A stretch of 64,000 nucleotides of DNA, from contig CM075990.1 of NCBI GenBank assembly GCA_038087875.1, positions 1 to 64,000 on the forward strand, given 5' to 3'. This document shows positions 36,873-50,136 of the stretch, one piece after another. Below the pieces are notes generated by a model. That model saw only the letters and a list, made by a program, of their open reading frames with translations, made no database searches and was not told the origin of the DNA. Position numbers and translations under genes: made by a program. This DNA is from Malacoraja senta (taxonomy: Eukaryota). How positions within the stretch are numbered: the stretch's first letter is position 1; each line of letters begins with the position of its first letter.

Positions 36873-37000
36873 ATTCATTCATTCATTCATCATCGTCGAA
36901 AACATTAGCGACGCAGTGGTGCTGGTTTCCAACGGGTACGGTGACGGACGCACCACACATCTCTGTCCTCCAGTTCCTGCGGACTACCGCCGCTGGAAGT
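36873..37000 (-). mobile_element. Possible RTE-type LINE 3' end
   Basis: Minus strand ..ELEDRDVW.. stop, short UTR and (GAAT)n tail. Confidence 0.35.
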
Positions 37001-37067
37001 ATAGGATTTTGGTGTGTGTGCATTGGTCCAGATTTTCCTGAATCTTATGTCATTTAATAGCATTTCT

Positions 37068-37572
37068 TAGTTTAGTTTTGTTTCCTTTAGTTTAGAGATA
37101 GTTCGTGGAAACATGCCCTTCGGCACACTGAGTCCGCACCGCCCAGCGATCCCCGTGCACTAACACTATCCTAAACACAGTAGGGACACTTTACAATTAC
37201 ACCAAGCATATTAACCTACAAACCTAAGATAGACACAAAATGCTGGAGTAACTCAGCGGGACAGGCAGCATCTCTGGAGTCGTTTTGGGTCGACCAAAAT
37301 CAACAGAGATGCTGCCTGTTCTGCTGAGTTACTCCAGCATTTTGTGTCTATCTTCGGTTTAAACCAGCATCTGCAGTTCCTTCCGACACATTAACCTACA
37401 AACCTGTACGTCTTTAGAGTGTGGAAGAAAACCGGAGATCCAGGAGAAAACCCACACAGGTCACGGGGAGAATGGACAAACTCTGTCTAGACAAGCACCA
37501 GTAGTCAGGACCAGTACCCGGGTCTCTGGCGCAGCAAGGCAGCGAATCTACCGCTGTGCCACCGTGTCGCCC
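37068..37572 (-). mobile_element. V-SINE/HE1-like SINE containing a Penelope-derived fold-back insert (37226-37389)
   Basis: ATTAACCTACAAACCT duplicated at 37210-37225 and 37390-37405 around an inverted-repeat insert. Confidence 0.85.
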
Positions 37573-38386
37573 ACAATTTCTATAAATTAATATGTAAAGG
37601 CGTAAATCATGATGCAGTAACTGACAACATTACTCATGCAATACAAAAAAAAATTCCAGGCCTTTTTCCTGCTCACTTCAATGCTGAGACATTGAGAAAT
37701 TATCGTGGTTTCAGCCTCATTAAAACTAATGGCAGTGGTGAGTTTCCTGAATTAACTATAGGCTTATCACTGCTAACACTCGACCCATAAAGTAGTGGCA
37801 TTGCTAACACCTCTGTGACCTAGCAACAGCCTAATTAATGGATTCCAGTGGTAGATCACCAATTCAGTACACTACTATATTTTAAGTAAAACTGCAGGAA
37901 ATTATTTTTGTTACCTACAGGGAGATTTAAGGGCATTTCATTGCCTTGGTAAATTAGATGCCAGTTCTTCATATTGTCTCAGGATTTACTGAATGAATTT
38001 GCAATGTGGCTGGTTGCTGTAAGGTTCCAAACTCGAGTACATGGTAAAAATGAAACAAAACACTGCATATGTGTAAGAAGGAACTGCAGATGCTGGTTGA
38101 AACCGAAGATAGACACAAAAAGTTGGAGTAACTCAGTTAGACAGGCAGCATCTCTGGAGAGAAGGAATGCGTGGCGTTTTGGGTCGAGACCCTTCTCCTT
38201 TTATGTCTAAAAAACTGCAGATGCTGGAAATCTAAAATTAAAATAGAAAGTGTTGTTAATACTCAAGCTGCATCTGTGGAAGAGAAACATTTCTTATTGA
38301 AGGTTGAAGACACTTCATCAGAACATCTTGCAATTCTGACAAAGAGACTTTGATCTGATGCCTTAATGCTGTTTCTCTTCGCACTG

Positions 38387-38775
38387 ATGAATGAATGAAT
38401 GAATGAATGAATGAATGAATGAATGAATTATACCTTATTGTCAAATTTGATATCACAGTGAAATTCTTTGTCGCCACATAAAGGGCACCGAAAAAAAAGG
38501 CAAAATATCCCGTGCCGGATCCTCCTTTGTTCGCCCCCCCCCTTCCCCCTCCCTCACAGGGGTCCCCCCACTTTGTGTCCTCCTTTTTCTTCTTCCCCCC
38601 CTCACAGCAGTCCTCCTACGCTGGGTCCTCCTTTGTTCCCGGCCGCACGTCCTCTGGTTCCCACGTGGCCCGTCCTCGACCACCGGCACCCTCAACGACT
38701 GCCGATCTCGACGGCCGGCGCCCTCGACGATCACCGACGCGACTTCCTCATACCTCCTCGATGACCGCTGCCGGG
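38387..38775 (-). mobile_element. GC-rich non-coding retroposon with Rex1-like 3' tail
   Basis: Minus strand ends GAATTTCACTGTG..TGACAATAAGG then (ATTC)n; CpG-rich body. Confidence 0.55.
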
Positions 38776-39234
38776 TCCACTCCTGACATAGTGCACAGTT
38801 AGCCAGATCTGTTTGTGGAAGTACAGAGACTTCTGGATTAAGCAGATTAGACCTTCACCCTCAATAAAAGCAGCGATACTCCGCAATATCTATGGGGAGA
38901 GGAACAATGTGACACAAAACATTTTCACCTCAGCTAGCAGTTCTTTCCATTCCTTCCCTATTTATTCTTTGCCCAATGGTTCAGACAGGTTGGATCGTTG
39001 CTTTGACAGCTCAGCTATAGCCATTAACACATACGCCAGAAGTTGTTAATAAATGGTCAGCAACTATTTTACATTGAATTATTTGGCTGCATCTTAGCTC
39101 TTAAAAATCAATAGGGATCATGTCAGACATAAAATCCAAAGCAGGCTATTAATCTGCTTTATTGTGGCCCATGTCTACTTGTGATCAAGGTGGGAGAAGA
39201 AGCAGGAACAGACTAAAGCTATACTTACCTGCAG

Positions 39235-39445
39235 CTTACAGTTTAGTTTATTGTCATGTGTATTGAGGTACAGGGAAAAGCATTTGTTGCGTGCTATCCA
39301 GTCAGCAGAAAGACAATACATGATTACAATCGAGCCATTAACAGTGTGTAGACACATGATAAGGGAATAATGTTTAGTGCAAGGTAAAGGCAGCAAAGTC
39401 AAGGATAGTCCAGCATGGTAGATAGTAGTTCAGGATCGTAGTTCA
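39235..39445 (-). mobile_element. Rex1-related 3' UTR fragment
   Basis: Reverse complement of roughly 11310-11520. Confidence 0.75.
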
Positions 39446-39477
39446 TGGGACAGGAAGATGCGAACACCACGGTGTTA

Positions 39478-39860
39478 GTCAGCATCTCTGGATAGAAGGA
39501 ATGGCTGACATTTCCGGTCGAGACCCTTTTTCAGACTGAAGACAGGTCTCGAATTGATACATCAGCCATTCCTTCTCTCCAGTCCCACTGAGTTACTCCA
39601 GCATTTTGTGTTTATATTCAATTTAAACCAGCATCTGCAGTTCCTTCCTACCACGGTGTCAGTGTTTTTAATGCTTGGTGAGGAAGTAGGTTTCCTCCAG
39701 ACCATCAATCTACCCAATAAATACTACCTGTTTAAGAAGGAACTGCAGATGCTGGAAAATCGAATGTAGACAAAAATGCTGGAGAAACTCAGCGGGTGAG
39801 GCAGCATCTATCGAGCGAAGGAAATAGGTGATGTTTCGGGTCGAGACCCATCTTCAGACT
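39478..39860. mobile_element. Cluster of Penelope pLTR-derived fragments
   Basis: Fold-back at 39478-39650 and minus-strand pLTR at 39730-39860. Confidence 0.7.
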
Positions 39861-40099
39861 ATCTGCTATCTGCTATCTGCTCACAGCCCATCGTAAAATT
39901 CCCCTTCATTATCTTTGGAGACCTGAAACACCCTTTAACAACTTTAGGGCACTGCAACCCTTGGTTAACTTTGGTATTGCATTTCTATCTGAAGCACCCT
40001 CTGCCATTCACTTCTCTTTGCATGGAGAAGTTATTTATTTTAGAAACTTTACTGGAGAAGGGACCCGACCCGAAACGTCACCTATCTATCCATTTACTC

Positions 40100-40716
40100 C
40101 AGAGATGCTACCTGACCTGCTGAGTTACTCCAGCATTTTATGTCTATCTTTGGTATAAACCAACAGCTGCAGTTCCTTTTTATTACATTAGGATAACTTC
40201 ACTGTTGACCATTGAATTGAAATTGCCCATTCATTATAGGTAGGCAGAAAATGCTGGAGTAACTCAGCAGGAGAGGCAGCATCTCTAGATAGAAGGAATG
40301 GGTGACGTTTTGGGTTGAAACCCTTCTCGCCTGTTCATTATACATACATCTCCATTATACATATATTCCAATCCATTAGATAGATCAACGGAGAGAAAAA
40401 TCAGGCATAGTATGCTAGACATAACTAATTTCACAACATTACCAAAATGTATGACATACTGCATTCCACTCAGAGATGTTGCCTGACCCGCTGAGTTACT
40501 CCAGCATTTTGGTATGAACCAAAATCTGCAGTTCCTTTTTATTACATTAGGTTAACTTTATTGTTAACCATTGATTTGAGAGCTTGCCTGTTTCATCTCC
40601 ATTATACAGATATTCCAATGCAATTGCTAGTACAATGGAGTGAAAAATCAGGCCTTGTACGTAAGGCATAACTAATTTCACATCATTGCCAAAAATGTAT
40701 GGTGCTGCACTGCACC
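40100..40716 (+). repeat. Old two-unit tandem duplication
   Basis: 40100-40470 and 40471-40716 share pLTR end, TTATTACATTAGG, CATCTCCATTATAC, AAAAATCAGGC, CATAACTAATTTCAC. Confidence 0.8.
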
Positions 40717-41093
40717 CAATTAATTAGAATGCCAAATGAAACTGCGTGTTAACGTACTTCTAATTAAATCAGTCCTTTGCAATCACACAAAGCAACACAG
40801 CTTTAAATAAACAAAACCTCCCAAAAATCACGTTGAACAAAATCTGAATTCCTCCCTGTGGTAATAATATGATGCTTACTCAGGTTACTCCCACTTTACC
40901 TTTCATAATCGACATTATATTGTATATAGATAGTTGTTTATAATAAATAACAGATGTGTGGCTTGTTAAAAAGCTGAAATAAGAAATCAGCATAAAACAT
41001 TCCAGGTTCATAAAGATTTGCAGGAATTTAACATGCTGTTTTTTTCATGGATTCATAGAAAATTAAATTAACTACCGAACAGGGTAGACGGAA

Positions 41094-43400
41094 TGTTTCA
41101 GAAGGAACTGCAGATGCTGGATAATCGAAGGTAGACAAAATTGCTGGAGAAACTCAGCGAGTGAGGCAGCATCTATGGAGCGAAGGAAATAGGCGACGTT
41201 TTGGGTCGAGACCCTTCTTCAGACTGATGTGGGGGTGGGGGGGGGGGGGCGGGAAGAAGAAAGGAAGAGGCGGAGACAGTGGACTGTGAGCTGTGGGATA
41301 GCTGGGAAGGGGAGGGGAAAGAAGGAGAAAGCAGCGACTACCTGAAATTGGAGAGGTCAATGTTCATACCACTGGGCCGATTAGGAAAAGGGGAGATGCA
41401 ACGAGATCTGGGTGTCATGGTACACCAGTGATTGAAAGTAGGCATGCAGGTGCAGCAGGCAGTGAAGAAAGCGAATGGTATGTTGGCATTCATAGCAAAA
41501 GGATTTGAGTATAAGAGCAGGGAGGTTTTACTGCAGTTGTACAGGGTCTTGGTGAGGCCACACCTGGAGTATTGCGTAAAGTTTTCATCACTAAATCTGA
41601 GGAAAGACATTCTTGCCATAGAGGGAGTACAGAGAAGGTTCACCAGACTGATTCCTGGGATGGCAGGACTTTCATATGAAGAAAGACTGGATAGACTCGG
41701 CTTGTACTCGCTAGAATTTAGAAGATTGAGGGGGAATCTTATAGAAACTTACAAGATTCTTAAGGGGTTGGACAGGCTAGATGCAGGAAGATTGTTCCCG
41801 ATGTTGGGGAAGTCCAGAACAAGGGGTCACAGTTTAAGGATAAGCGGGAAGTCTTTTAGGACCGAGATGAGAAAATCATTTTTCACACAGAGAGTGGTGA
41901 ATCTGTGGAATTCTCTGCCACAGAAGGTAGTTGAGGCCAGTTCATTGGCTATATTTAAGAGGGAGTTAGATGTGGCCCTTGTGGCTAAAGGGATCAGGGG
42001 GTATGGAGAGAAGGCAGGTACTGGATACTGAGTTGGATGATCAGCCATGATCATATTGAATGGCGGTTCAGGCTCGAAGGGCCGAATGGCCTACTCCTGC
42101 ACCTATTTTCTATGTTTCTATGTTTCTATGAAAACTACCCAAACGAAATATGAGGTGGTGCCCTCCAATTTACGGTGGGCCTCACTCTGGCCATGGAGGA
42201 GGCCCAGGACAGAAAGGTTGGATTCGGAATGGGAGGGGGATTTGAAGTGCTGGGCCACCGGGAGATCAGGTTGGTTATTACGAACCGAGCTGAGGTGTTG
42301 GGCAAAGCAATCGCCAAGCCTACGCTTGGTCTCACCGATGTAGATCAGCTGACACCTAAAGCAGCGGATGCAATAGATGAGGTTGGAGGAGGTGCAGGTG
42401 AACCTCTGCCGCACCTGGAAAGACTGCTTGGGTCCTTGGATGGAGTCAAGGGGGGAGGTAAAGCGACAAGTGTAGCATTTCCTGCGGTTGCAATGGAAAG
42501 TGCCAGGGGAGGGAGTGGTTTGGGTGGGAAGGGACAAATTGACCAGGGAGTTACGGAGGGAGCGGTCTCTGCGGAAGGGAAGGAGATGGGAAGATGTGGC
42601 CTGTGGTGGGATCCTGTTGGAGGTGGCAAAATTGTCGGAGGATTATTTGTTGTGTGTGACGGTTGGTAGGGTGGAAGGTGAGGACAAGGGGGACTCTGCC
42701 CTTGTTACGAGTGGGGGGATGGGGAGAGAGAGCAGTGTTACTGGGTATAGAAGAGACCCTGGTGAGAGCCTCATCTATAGTAGAGGAGGGGAACCCCCGT
42801 TCCCTAAAGAATGACGACATCTCCAATGCCCTGGTTTGGAACACCTCATCCTGGGTGCAGATGCGGCGTAGACAGAGGAATTGGGAGTTGGGGATGGAGT
42901 CCTTACAGGAAGCAGGGTGGGAAGATGTGTAGTCCAGATAGCCATGGGAGTAAGTGGGTTTGTAGTAGATGTCGGTCAGTTCTGGCTTGGCGATCGCTTC
43001 GCTCAACTCCTCCGCTCGGTTCGGCTATAACCAACCTGATCTCCTGGTGACTCGGCACTTCAACTACCCCTCCCATTCCGAATCTGACCTTTCTGTCCTG
43101 GGCCTCCTCCATGGCCAGAATGAGGCCCACCGTAAATTGGAGGAGTAGCACCTCTTATTTCGCTTTGGTAGTTTACACCCCCAGCGGGTATGAACATTGA
43201 CTTCTACAATTTTAGGTAGTCCCTGCTTCTTCTTTCTTTCCCCTCCCCTTCTCAGCTCTCCCACAGCCCACTGCCTCTGACTCTTTCTTACTTCTTCCCG
43301 CCCCACCCCACCCCCCACATCAGTCTGAAGAAGGGTCCTCGACCCGAAACGTCGCCTAATCCTTCGCTTTATAGATGCGGCCTCACCGCTGAGTTTCTCC
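41094..43400 (-). mobile_element. Penelope element 3' half (RT thumb + GIY-YIG) with inverted pLTR copy
   Basis: DIYYKPTYSHGYLDY; CYTC..NLIYCIRC..YIGETKRRL..HF; 42980-43400 is an inverted copy of the 3' end. Confidence 0.9.
41375..42130 (+). mobile_element. CR1-A 3' fragment inserted in Penelope
   Basis: Near-identical to 3478-4232; (TTTCTATG)n tail. Confidence 0.93.
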
Positions 43401-43752
43401 TGCAATTTTGTCTACCTTCCAAACAGGGTTTGTCATTTGAGACTGGGAGAGAGGATGTTTGGTAAACATAGGGTGCCATTTATGTCATCAGTTCATGGAC
43501 ACTTACACAGATTTTTAGAATCAACATTTGTTTATTGGGGGTAGGGCAATGGCTATATTATGTATTAGACTAAGTGGGATCTGTTGATCACCCAACGCAA
43601 TATTCCACCTCTCCACCAATTCCAATATTGGTGGCCATTGGGGGGGGAGATGGGGGGGGGACTTTCTGGTGCGCTAGTATGGATGTTATGGGCCAAAGGG
43701 ACTGGTTTCCAGAGGGCTAGTATGGACATTGAGGGCCAAATGGATTCTTGGG

Positions 43753-43965
43753 TTGGCAGCTCAGTCACTCAGGCCTGGTGGGCTGGCAGCTCAGTCACTC
43801 AGGACTGGTGGGCTGGCAGCTCAGTCACTCAGGCCTGGTGGGCTGGCAGCTCAGTCATTCAGGCCTAGTGGCTGGCAACTAAGTCATTCAGGCCTGGTGG
43901 GCTGGCAGCTCAGGCCTGGTGGGATGGCAGCTCAGTCACTCAGGCCTGGTGGGCTGGCAGCTCAG
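43753..43965. repeat. 30-bp minisatellite, about 7 units, inside Helitron
   Basis: Unit GGCTGGCAGCTCAGTCACTCAGGCCTGGTG. Confidence 0.92.
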
Positions 43966-44083
43966 ACACTGCCAGAAATTTTGCCCAAAACAGGTGAGAA
44001 ATTCTGTGAGAGAGAAGGGGAAAAGGGTGAGAATCAATTTTAGACATTCTTCATCTTTTTCTGCAGATCACAGCAATGAAGGA

Positions 44084-47000
44084 GGCAGAGAATGGAAGCA
44101 CTCTGACCCAAAATTTAGGAGAGAGAGAAGAAAAAGACAATAAACAGAGAATAAGAGAGGGTGGGTTCTTAAATGTGTATATATTAATGCTAGGAGCATT
44201 GTAAGAAAGGTGGATGAACTTAAAGCCTGGATTGACACCTGGAAGTATGATGTTGTGGCGATCAGTGAAACATGGTTGCAGGAGGGCTGTGATTGGAAAC
44301 TAAATATTCCAGGATTTCGTTGCTTCAGGTGTGATAGAATTGAAGGGGCAAGAGGTGGAGGTGTTGCATTGCTTATCAGGGAAGATATTACAGCAGTGCT
44401 TTGGCAGGATAGATTAGAGGGCTCTTCTAGGGAGGCTATTTGGGTGGAACTGAGAAATGGGAAAGGGGTAGCAACACTCATAGGGGTGTATTATAGACCG
44501 CCAAATGGGGAGCGAGAATTGGAAGAGCAAATATGTAAGGAGATTGCAGATATTAGTAGTAAGCACAAGGTAGTGATTGTGGGAGATTTCAATTTTCCAC
44601 ACATAGGACTGGGAAACCCATTCTGTAAATGGGCTGGATGGGTTGGAGTTTGTAAAATGTGTGCAGGATAGTTTTTTGCAGCAATACATAGAAGTACCTA
44701 CTAGAGAAGGGGCGGTGCTGGGCCTCCTGTTAGGAAATGAGACGGGTCAGGTGGCAGAGGTATGCGTTGGGGAACAGTTCGGGACCAGTGATCACAATAC
44801 CATTAGTTTCAATTTAATTATGGAGAGGGTCAGAACTGGACCTAGGGTTGAGATTTTTGATTGGAGAAAGGCTAACTTTGAGGAGATGCGAAAGAATTTA
44901 AAAGGAGTAAATTGGGACAGTTTGTTTTATGGGAAAGATGTGGAAGAGAAATGGAGGACATTTAAAGGTGAAATTTTAAGAGTACAAAATCTTTATGTCC
45001 CTGTTCGGTTGAAAGGAAATAATAAAAATGGAAAGCCATGGTTTTCAAGGGAAATTGGACACTTAGTTCGGAAAAAGAGAGAGATCTACAATGATTATAG
45101 GCAGCATGGAGTAAATGAGGTGCTTGAGGAGTATAAAAATGTAAAAAGAGTCTTAAGAAAGAATTAGAAAAGCTAAAAGAAGATATGAGGTTGCTTTGGC
45201 AAGTAAGGTGAAAGTAAATCCAAAGGGTTTCTACAGCTATATTAATAGCATAAGGATAACGAGGGGTAAAATTGGTCCATTAGAGAGTCAGAGTGGACAG
45301 CTATCTGCAGAGCCAAAAGAGATGGGGGAGATAATGAACAATTTCTTTTCTTCGGTATTCATCAAGGAGAAGGATATTGAATTATGTGAGGTAAGGGAAA
45401 CAAGTAGAGTAGCTATGGAAACTATGAAATTCAAAGAAGAGGAAGTACTGACACTTTTGAGAAATATAAAAGTGGATAAGTCTCCAGGTCCGGACAGGAT
45501 ATTCCCTAGGACATTGAGGGAAGTTAGTGTAGAAATAGCAGGGGCTATGACAGAAATATTTCAAATGTCATTGGAAAAGGCAATAGTGCCAGAGGATTGG
45601 CGTACTGCGTACGTTGTTCCATTGTTTATAAAGGGGTTCTAAGAGTAAACCTAGCAATTATAGACCTGTTAGTTTGACGTCAGTGGTGGGCAAATTAATG
45701 GAAAGGATACTTAGAGATTATATATATAAGCATCTGGATAAACAGGGGCTGATTAGGAACAGTAAACATGGATTTGTGCCTGGAAGGTCATGTTTGACTA
45801 ATCTTCTTGAATTTTTGAAGAGGTTACTCGGGAAATTGATGAGGGTAAAGCCATGGATGTTGTATATATGGACTTCTTTTTTTTTTAAATTTTTATTTAT
45901 TAGAAGTACATTACATTACAACCACATACATTAATACTCGTCATTTATATCTTCTTACAATTAATGTACTCCCTTTATTTTATTTTTTTACACTAGAAAA
46001 GGAAAAGATTGAAAGAAAGAAGAAAGTGAAGGAAAAAGTGAAAGTGTAGAAAAGTGTAGAAAATGTAACAACAAAAAAGGACGAAGACCCTATAAGAGCG
46101 AAATTAAAAACAAAAGAAAAACAGTTAAGAAATAGGCCCTAGGAAAAAAAAGAGAAAGAGAGAGAGGAGAGAAAAAAAAAGAAAAAAAAATTTTTTTTTG
46201 AGCATTACGTAAATAGGACATACCAACTCTTCAACTATCATCCCCCCTTACCTGACCTCAATTTTTTATTTTTTTAAAGTACTTTTGCACCCTATGTTTG
46301 TAATAATTCTATAAATGCAGACCACGTCAGGTGGAAGTGATCTGGTTTACCTGCTAGGAGGAGTCTTATCTCTTCTAGGTGTAATGTTTCAAACATATTT
46401 GAAATCCACATATTTATAGTTGGTATTGGAGCCTTCTTCCAAAATTTAGAATTAGCTTTTTTCCAGTTATTAACCCATAGTCCATTAATTTCTTTTGAAA
46501 CACATTTAGTTCTGGATCATCTTCCGTTATTCCGAAGATAATCCATTCTGCTTTGGGGTATCAGTCTTGTTTTAAATAACTTTGTAAAGATTTCAAAAAT
46601 TTCATTCCAACATTTTTGAATTTTTGTACAGAAGACGAATGAGTGCGCTATAGTAGCTTCTTGGGATTGACATTTATCACAAATAGATGATACATTTGGG
46701 AAAATTTTATGAATTTTAATTTTCGAATAATATAATCTATGTAAAATTTTAAATTGTATTAAAGTGTGTCTTACATTAATCGAGCATTTATGCACGTTTA
46801 ATAAGTATTCATTCCAACTTTCCTTTGAAATTTTAATAGCTAACTCTTGTTCCCAGTCTCTTCTGATACCCTCCGTAGGTGGTATTTGTACATTTAAAAT
46901 AATATTATACAAATATGATATTAAGTTTGCTGATTCCGCTTTTATCTGCATTGCCTCGTCCAATACATCTACTGGGTTATTATAATGATCTTTTGTATAT

Positions 47001-48707
47001 TTTTTCAAATAGTCGCATATTTGAAAATATTTAAAATATTGATTATTTCCGAGTTTATATTTTATTTGTAATTGTTGAAATGAAAGTAATTTTCCAGTTT
47101 CATACAAGTCACCAAGCGTTTTAATTCCTAGTCTATCCCATTGTGTATAAGCTTTATCTATAATAGAAGGACTAAACGAAGGGTTATTGACTATAGGTAA
47201 TAAAAGTGATAAATTTCTTAATTTTAAATTTTGTTTTATTTGTTTCCAAATACGGATTGTACTATGAATAATTGGGTTCTTATTATAATTTATGTTATTC
47301 AGTTTCATTGGAGAGAGGAGGATCGCTCCAATGTTTCTAGAGGAGCAATCCTCTTTCTCCATTACAATCCAGTCTACTTGCTGGGCGGAGTTATCCATCA
47401 GTTGAATCATGTTTTTAATATTTACTGACCAATAATAATACATAAAATGAGGTAGTGCTAAACCCCCCAATACTTTAGGTTTATTCAGATGAGTTTTTTG
47501 TATTCTATGTGATTGTATATATGGACTTCAGTAAGGCCTTTGACAAGGTTCCTCACGGAAGGTTGGTTAAGAAGTTTCAATGGTTGGGTATTAATGGTGG
47601 AGTAGCAAGATGGATTCAACAGTGGCTGAATGGGAGATGCCAGAGAGTAATGGTGGATGGTTGTTTGTCAGGTTGGAGGCCAGTGACTAGTGGGGTGCCA
47701 CAGGGATCTGTGTTGGGTCCACTGTTGTTTGTCATGTACATCAATGATCTGGATGATGGTGTGGTAAATTGGACTAGTAAGTATGCAGGTGATACTAAGA
47801 TAGGTGGGGCTGTGGATAATGAAGTAGATTTTCAAAGTCTACAGAGAGATTTATGCCGGTTGGAAGAGTGGGCTGAAAGATGGCAGATGGAGTTTAATGC
47901 TGATAAGTGTGAGGTGCTACATCTTGGCAGGACAAATCAAAATAGGACGTACATGGTAAATGGTAGGAAATTGAAGAATGCAGGTAAACAGAGGGATCTT
48001 GGAATAACTGTGCACAGTTCCCTGAAAGTGGAATCTCATGTAGATAGGGTGGTAAAGAAAGCTTTTGGTGTGCTGGCTTTTATAAATCAGAGCATTGAGT
48101 ATAGAAGTTGAGATGTAATGTTAAAATTGTACAAGGCATTGGTGAGGCCAATTCTGGAGTATGGTGTACAATTTTGGTCGCCTAATTATAGGAAGGATGT
48201 CAACAAAATAGAGCGAGTACAGAGGTGATTTACTAGAATGTTGCCTGGGTTTCAGCAACTAAGTTACAGAGAGAGGTTGAACAAGTTAGGGCTTTATTCT
48301 TTGGAGCGCAGAAGGTTAAGGGGGGACTTGATAGAGGTCTTTAAAATGATGAGAGGGATAGACAGAGTTGACGTGGATAAGCTTTTCCCACTGAGAGTAG
48401 GGAAGATTCAAACAAGGGGACATGACTTGAGAATTAAGGGACAGAAGTTTAGGGGTAACATGAGGAGGAACTTCTTTACTCAGAGAGTGGTGGCTGTGTG
48501 GAATGAGCTTCCAGTGAAGGTGGTGGAGGCAGGTTCGTTTTTATCATTTAAAAATAAATTGGATAGTTATATGGACAGGAAAGGAATGGAGGGTTATGGT
48601 CTGACCGCAGGTATATGGGACTAGGGGAGAATACGTGTTCGGCACGGACTAGAAGGGTCGAGATGGCCTGTTTCCGTGCTGTAATTGTTATATGGTTATA
48701 TGGTTAT
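44084..48707 (+). mobile_element. CR1 subfamily B with whole but disrupted ORF2, split by L1
   Basis: YINARSI, SETWL, GDFN, SDH; DFSKAFDKV, GVPQG, YAGD (decayed YADD); TATGGTTA tail. Confidence 0.93.
45877..47512 (-). mobile_element. L1-clade 3' fragment with 17-bp TSD
   Basis: GGLALPHF..CDKCQSQEATIAHSFVFC; 3' UTR matches 8282-8848; TTGTATATATGGACTTC at 45860-45876 and 47513-47529. Confidence 0.93.
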
Positions 48708-49029
48708 AAGTCTATCCTGGCCTGGATCTCACAGGGAGCCAATGAAGGGAGGGAGTAAAATACCGGGGTGAGGTTTAATACTTGCAGGGGGAATACTTAC
48801 CGATGGGCCGAAGAGACTCTTCCTGGACTAGTACAGGTCTGATGGGTCGAAGAGACTCTTTAAAAATAATCTGAGTGAAATCTCAGTGAAAGGCACTTTT
48901 TCTGGACTTTTCCTGGCCTGGCACATGCCTATTGGGCCAAAATGCCCCTCCTGGCCTAACACGGGCATTTGGGGCAAAAAAGACTGGTTTCTTGGCTAAT
49001 AGGGGTCTTGTGGGCTGAAATTAGTTGTT

Positions 49030-49650
49030 TAAAGCAGACCAAACAACTCAACTCATTTCATTTCATTTTCATTTCCATTTCAAGCACAGGGCAAGCCAAA
49101 CAACTCATTTCATTTCATTTCATTTTCATTTCCATTTCTATTTTGCATTGCCGTTTCAAGCACTGGGCAGGCTAAACAATTCATGGCATTGTCATTTCAT
49201 TTCCATTTTGCATTGCAGTCTCAAACACAGGGCAGGCCAAAGAACTCATGGCATTGTCATTTCATTTCCATTTTGCATTGCAGTCTCAAACACAGGGCAC
49301 GCCAAAGAACTCATGGCATTGTCATTTCATTTCCATTTTGCATTGCAGTCTCAAGCATAGGGCACGCCAAACAACTCATGGCATTGTCATCTCATTTCAA
49401 TTTTGCATTGCAGTCTCAAGAACAGGGCAGGCCAAACAACTCATGGCATTGTCATTTCATTTCCATTTTGCATTGCAGTCTCAAGCACAGGACAGGCCAA
49501 ACAACTCATGGCATTGTCATTTCATTTCCATTTTGCATTGCAGTCTCAAGTACAGGGCAGGCCAAACAACTCATGGCATTGTCATTTCATTTCCATTTTG
49601 CATTGCAGTCTCAAGCACAGTGCAGGCCAAACAACTCATTGCATTGTCAT
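49030..49650. repeat. 65-bp minisatellite inside Helitron
   Basis: Unit GGCATTGTCATTTCATTTCCATTTTGCATTGCAGTCTCAAGCACAGGGCAGGCCAAACAACTCAT. Confidence 0.92.
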
Positions 49651-50136
49651 TAAGGGCTAACAAATCATTTATTGCAAGTACATTGCAGACTCACAGTTCA
49701 GTTGATTCACCGCTTAGAATCACAGTCGTGGCCTCTCCCTCGCGATCTTCCAGAGTGACTGACTCACATCCAGGCATCCGGGGTCCTGCCCCCCCCCCGG
49801 AAGGGGCATTACCTTCATCATTGTGATTGTCAGGTGAGAGGACCAATCAGCTGATCTCAAGATTTTTTGAACACTCATAACTTTTTGTATTTTTCATCGA
49901 TCGGAAAAATCCTCAGGGCTGCCTCAGCTGAGGTGGACTGTGAGTAAGGTTGCCAAAAATCATAGCGATATATGGTAGCGTTTTTTCTAAAATCAATATA
50001 CAGCGCAGACAGGAAGTGGTCAAGATGAGACTTTTAGTTATATAGATGCTAGATCACGTCAACAACAGTAGAGGCAACTTGTGAGCGAGTCTGTTTCCTC
50101 AACCCTGATCAGCAGAATGCCTCTTTCTGCTGTTGT

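Larger units (their letters stand above)
43565..50046 (-). mobile_element. Non-autonomous Helitron, both ends present, interrupted by CR1-B
   Basis: Minus strand starts TCTATATAACTAAAA at 50046, ends CACTTAGTCTAA at 43565, between A and T, no TSD; homologous to 57960-59522. Confidence 0.82.

Noticed and set aside
36787..37041. CpG-rich stretch as a host exon
   Set aside because: No good polypyrimidine acceptor; the (GAAT)n tail fits a retroelement 3' end better
49025..49826. Overlapping ORFs with ALSFHFHF repeats (also 59083-59705)
   Set aside because: Translation of the 65-69-bp minisatellite
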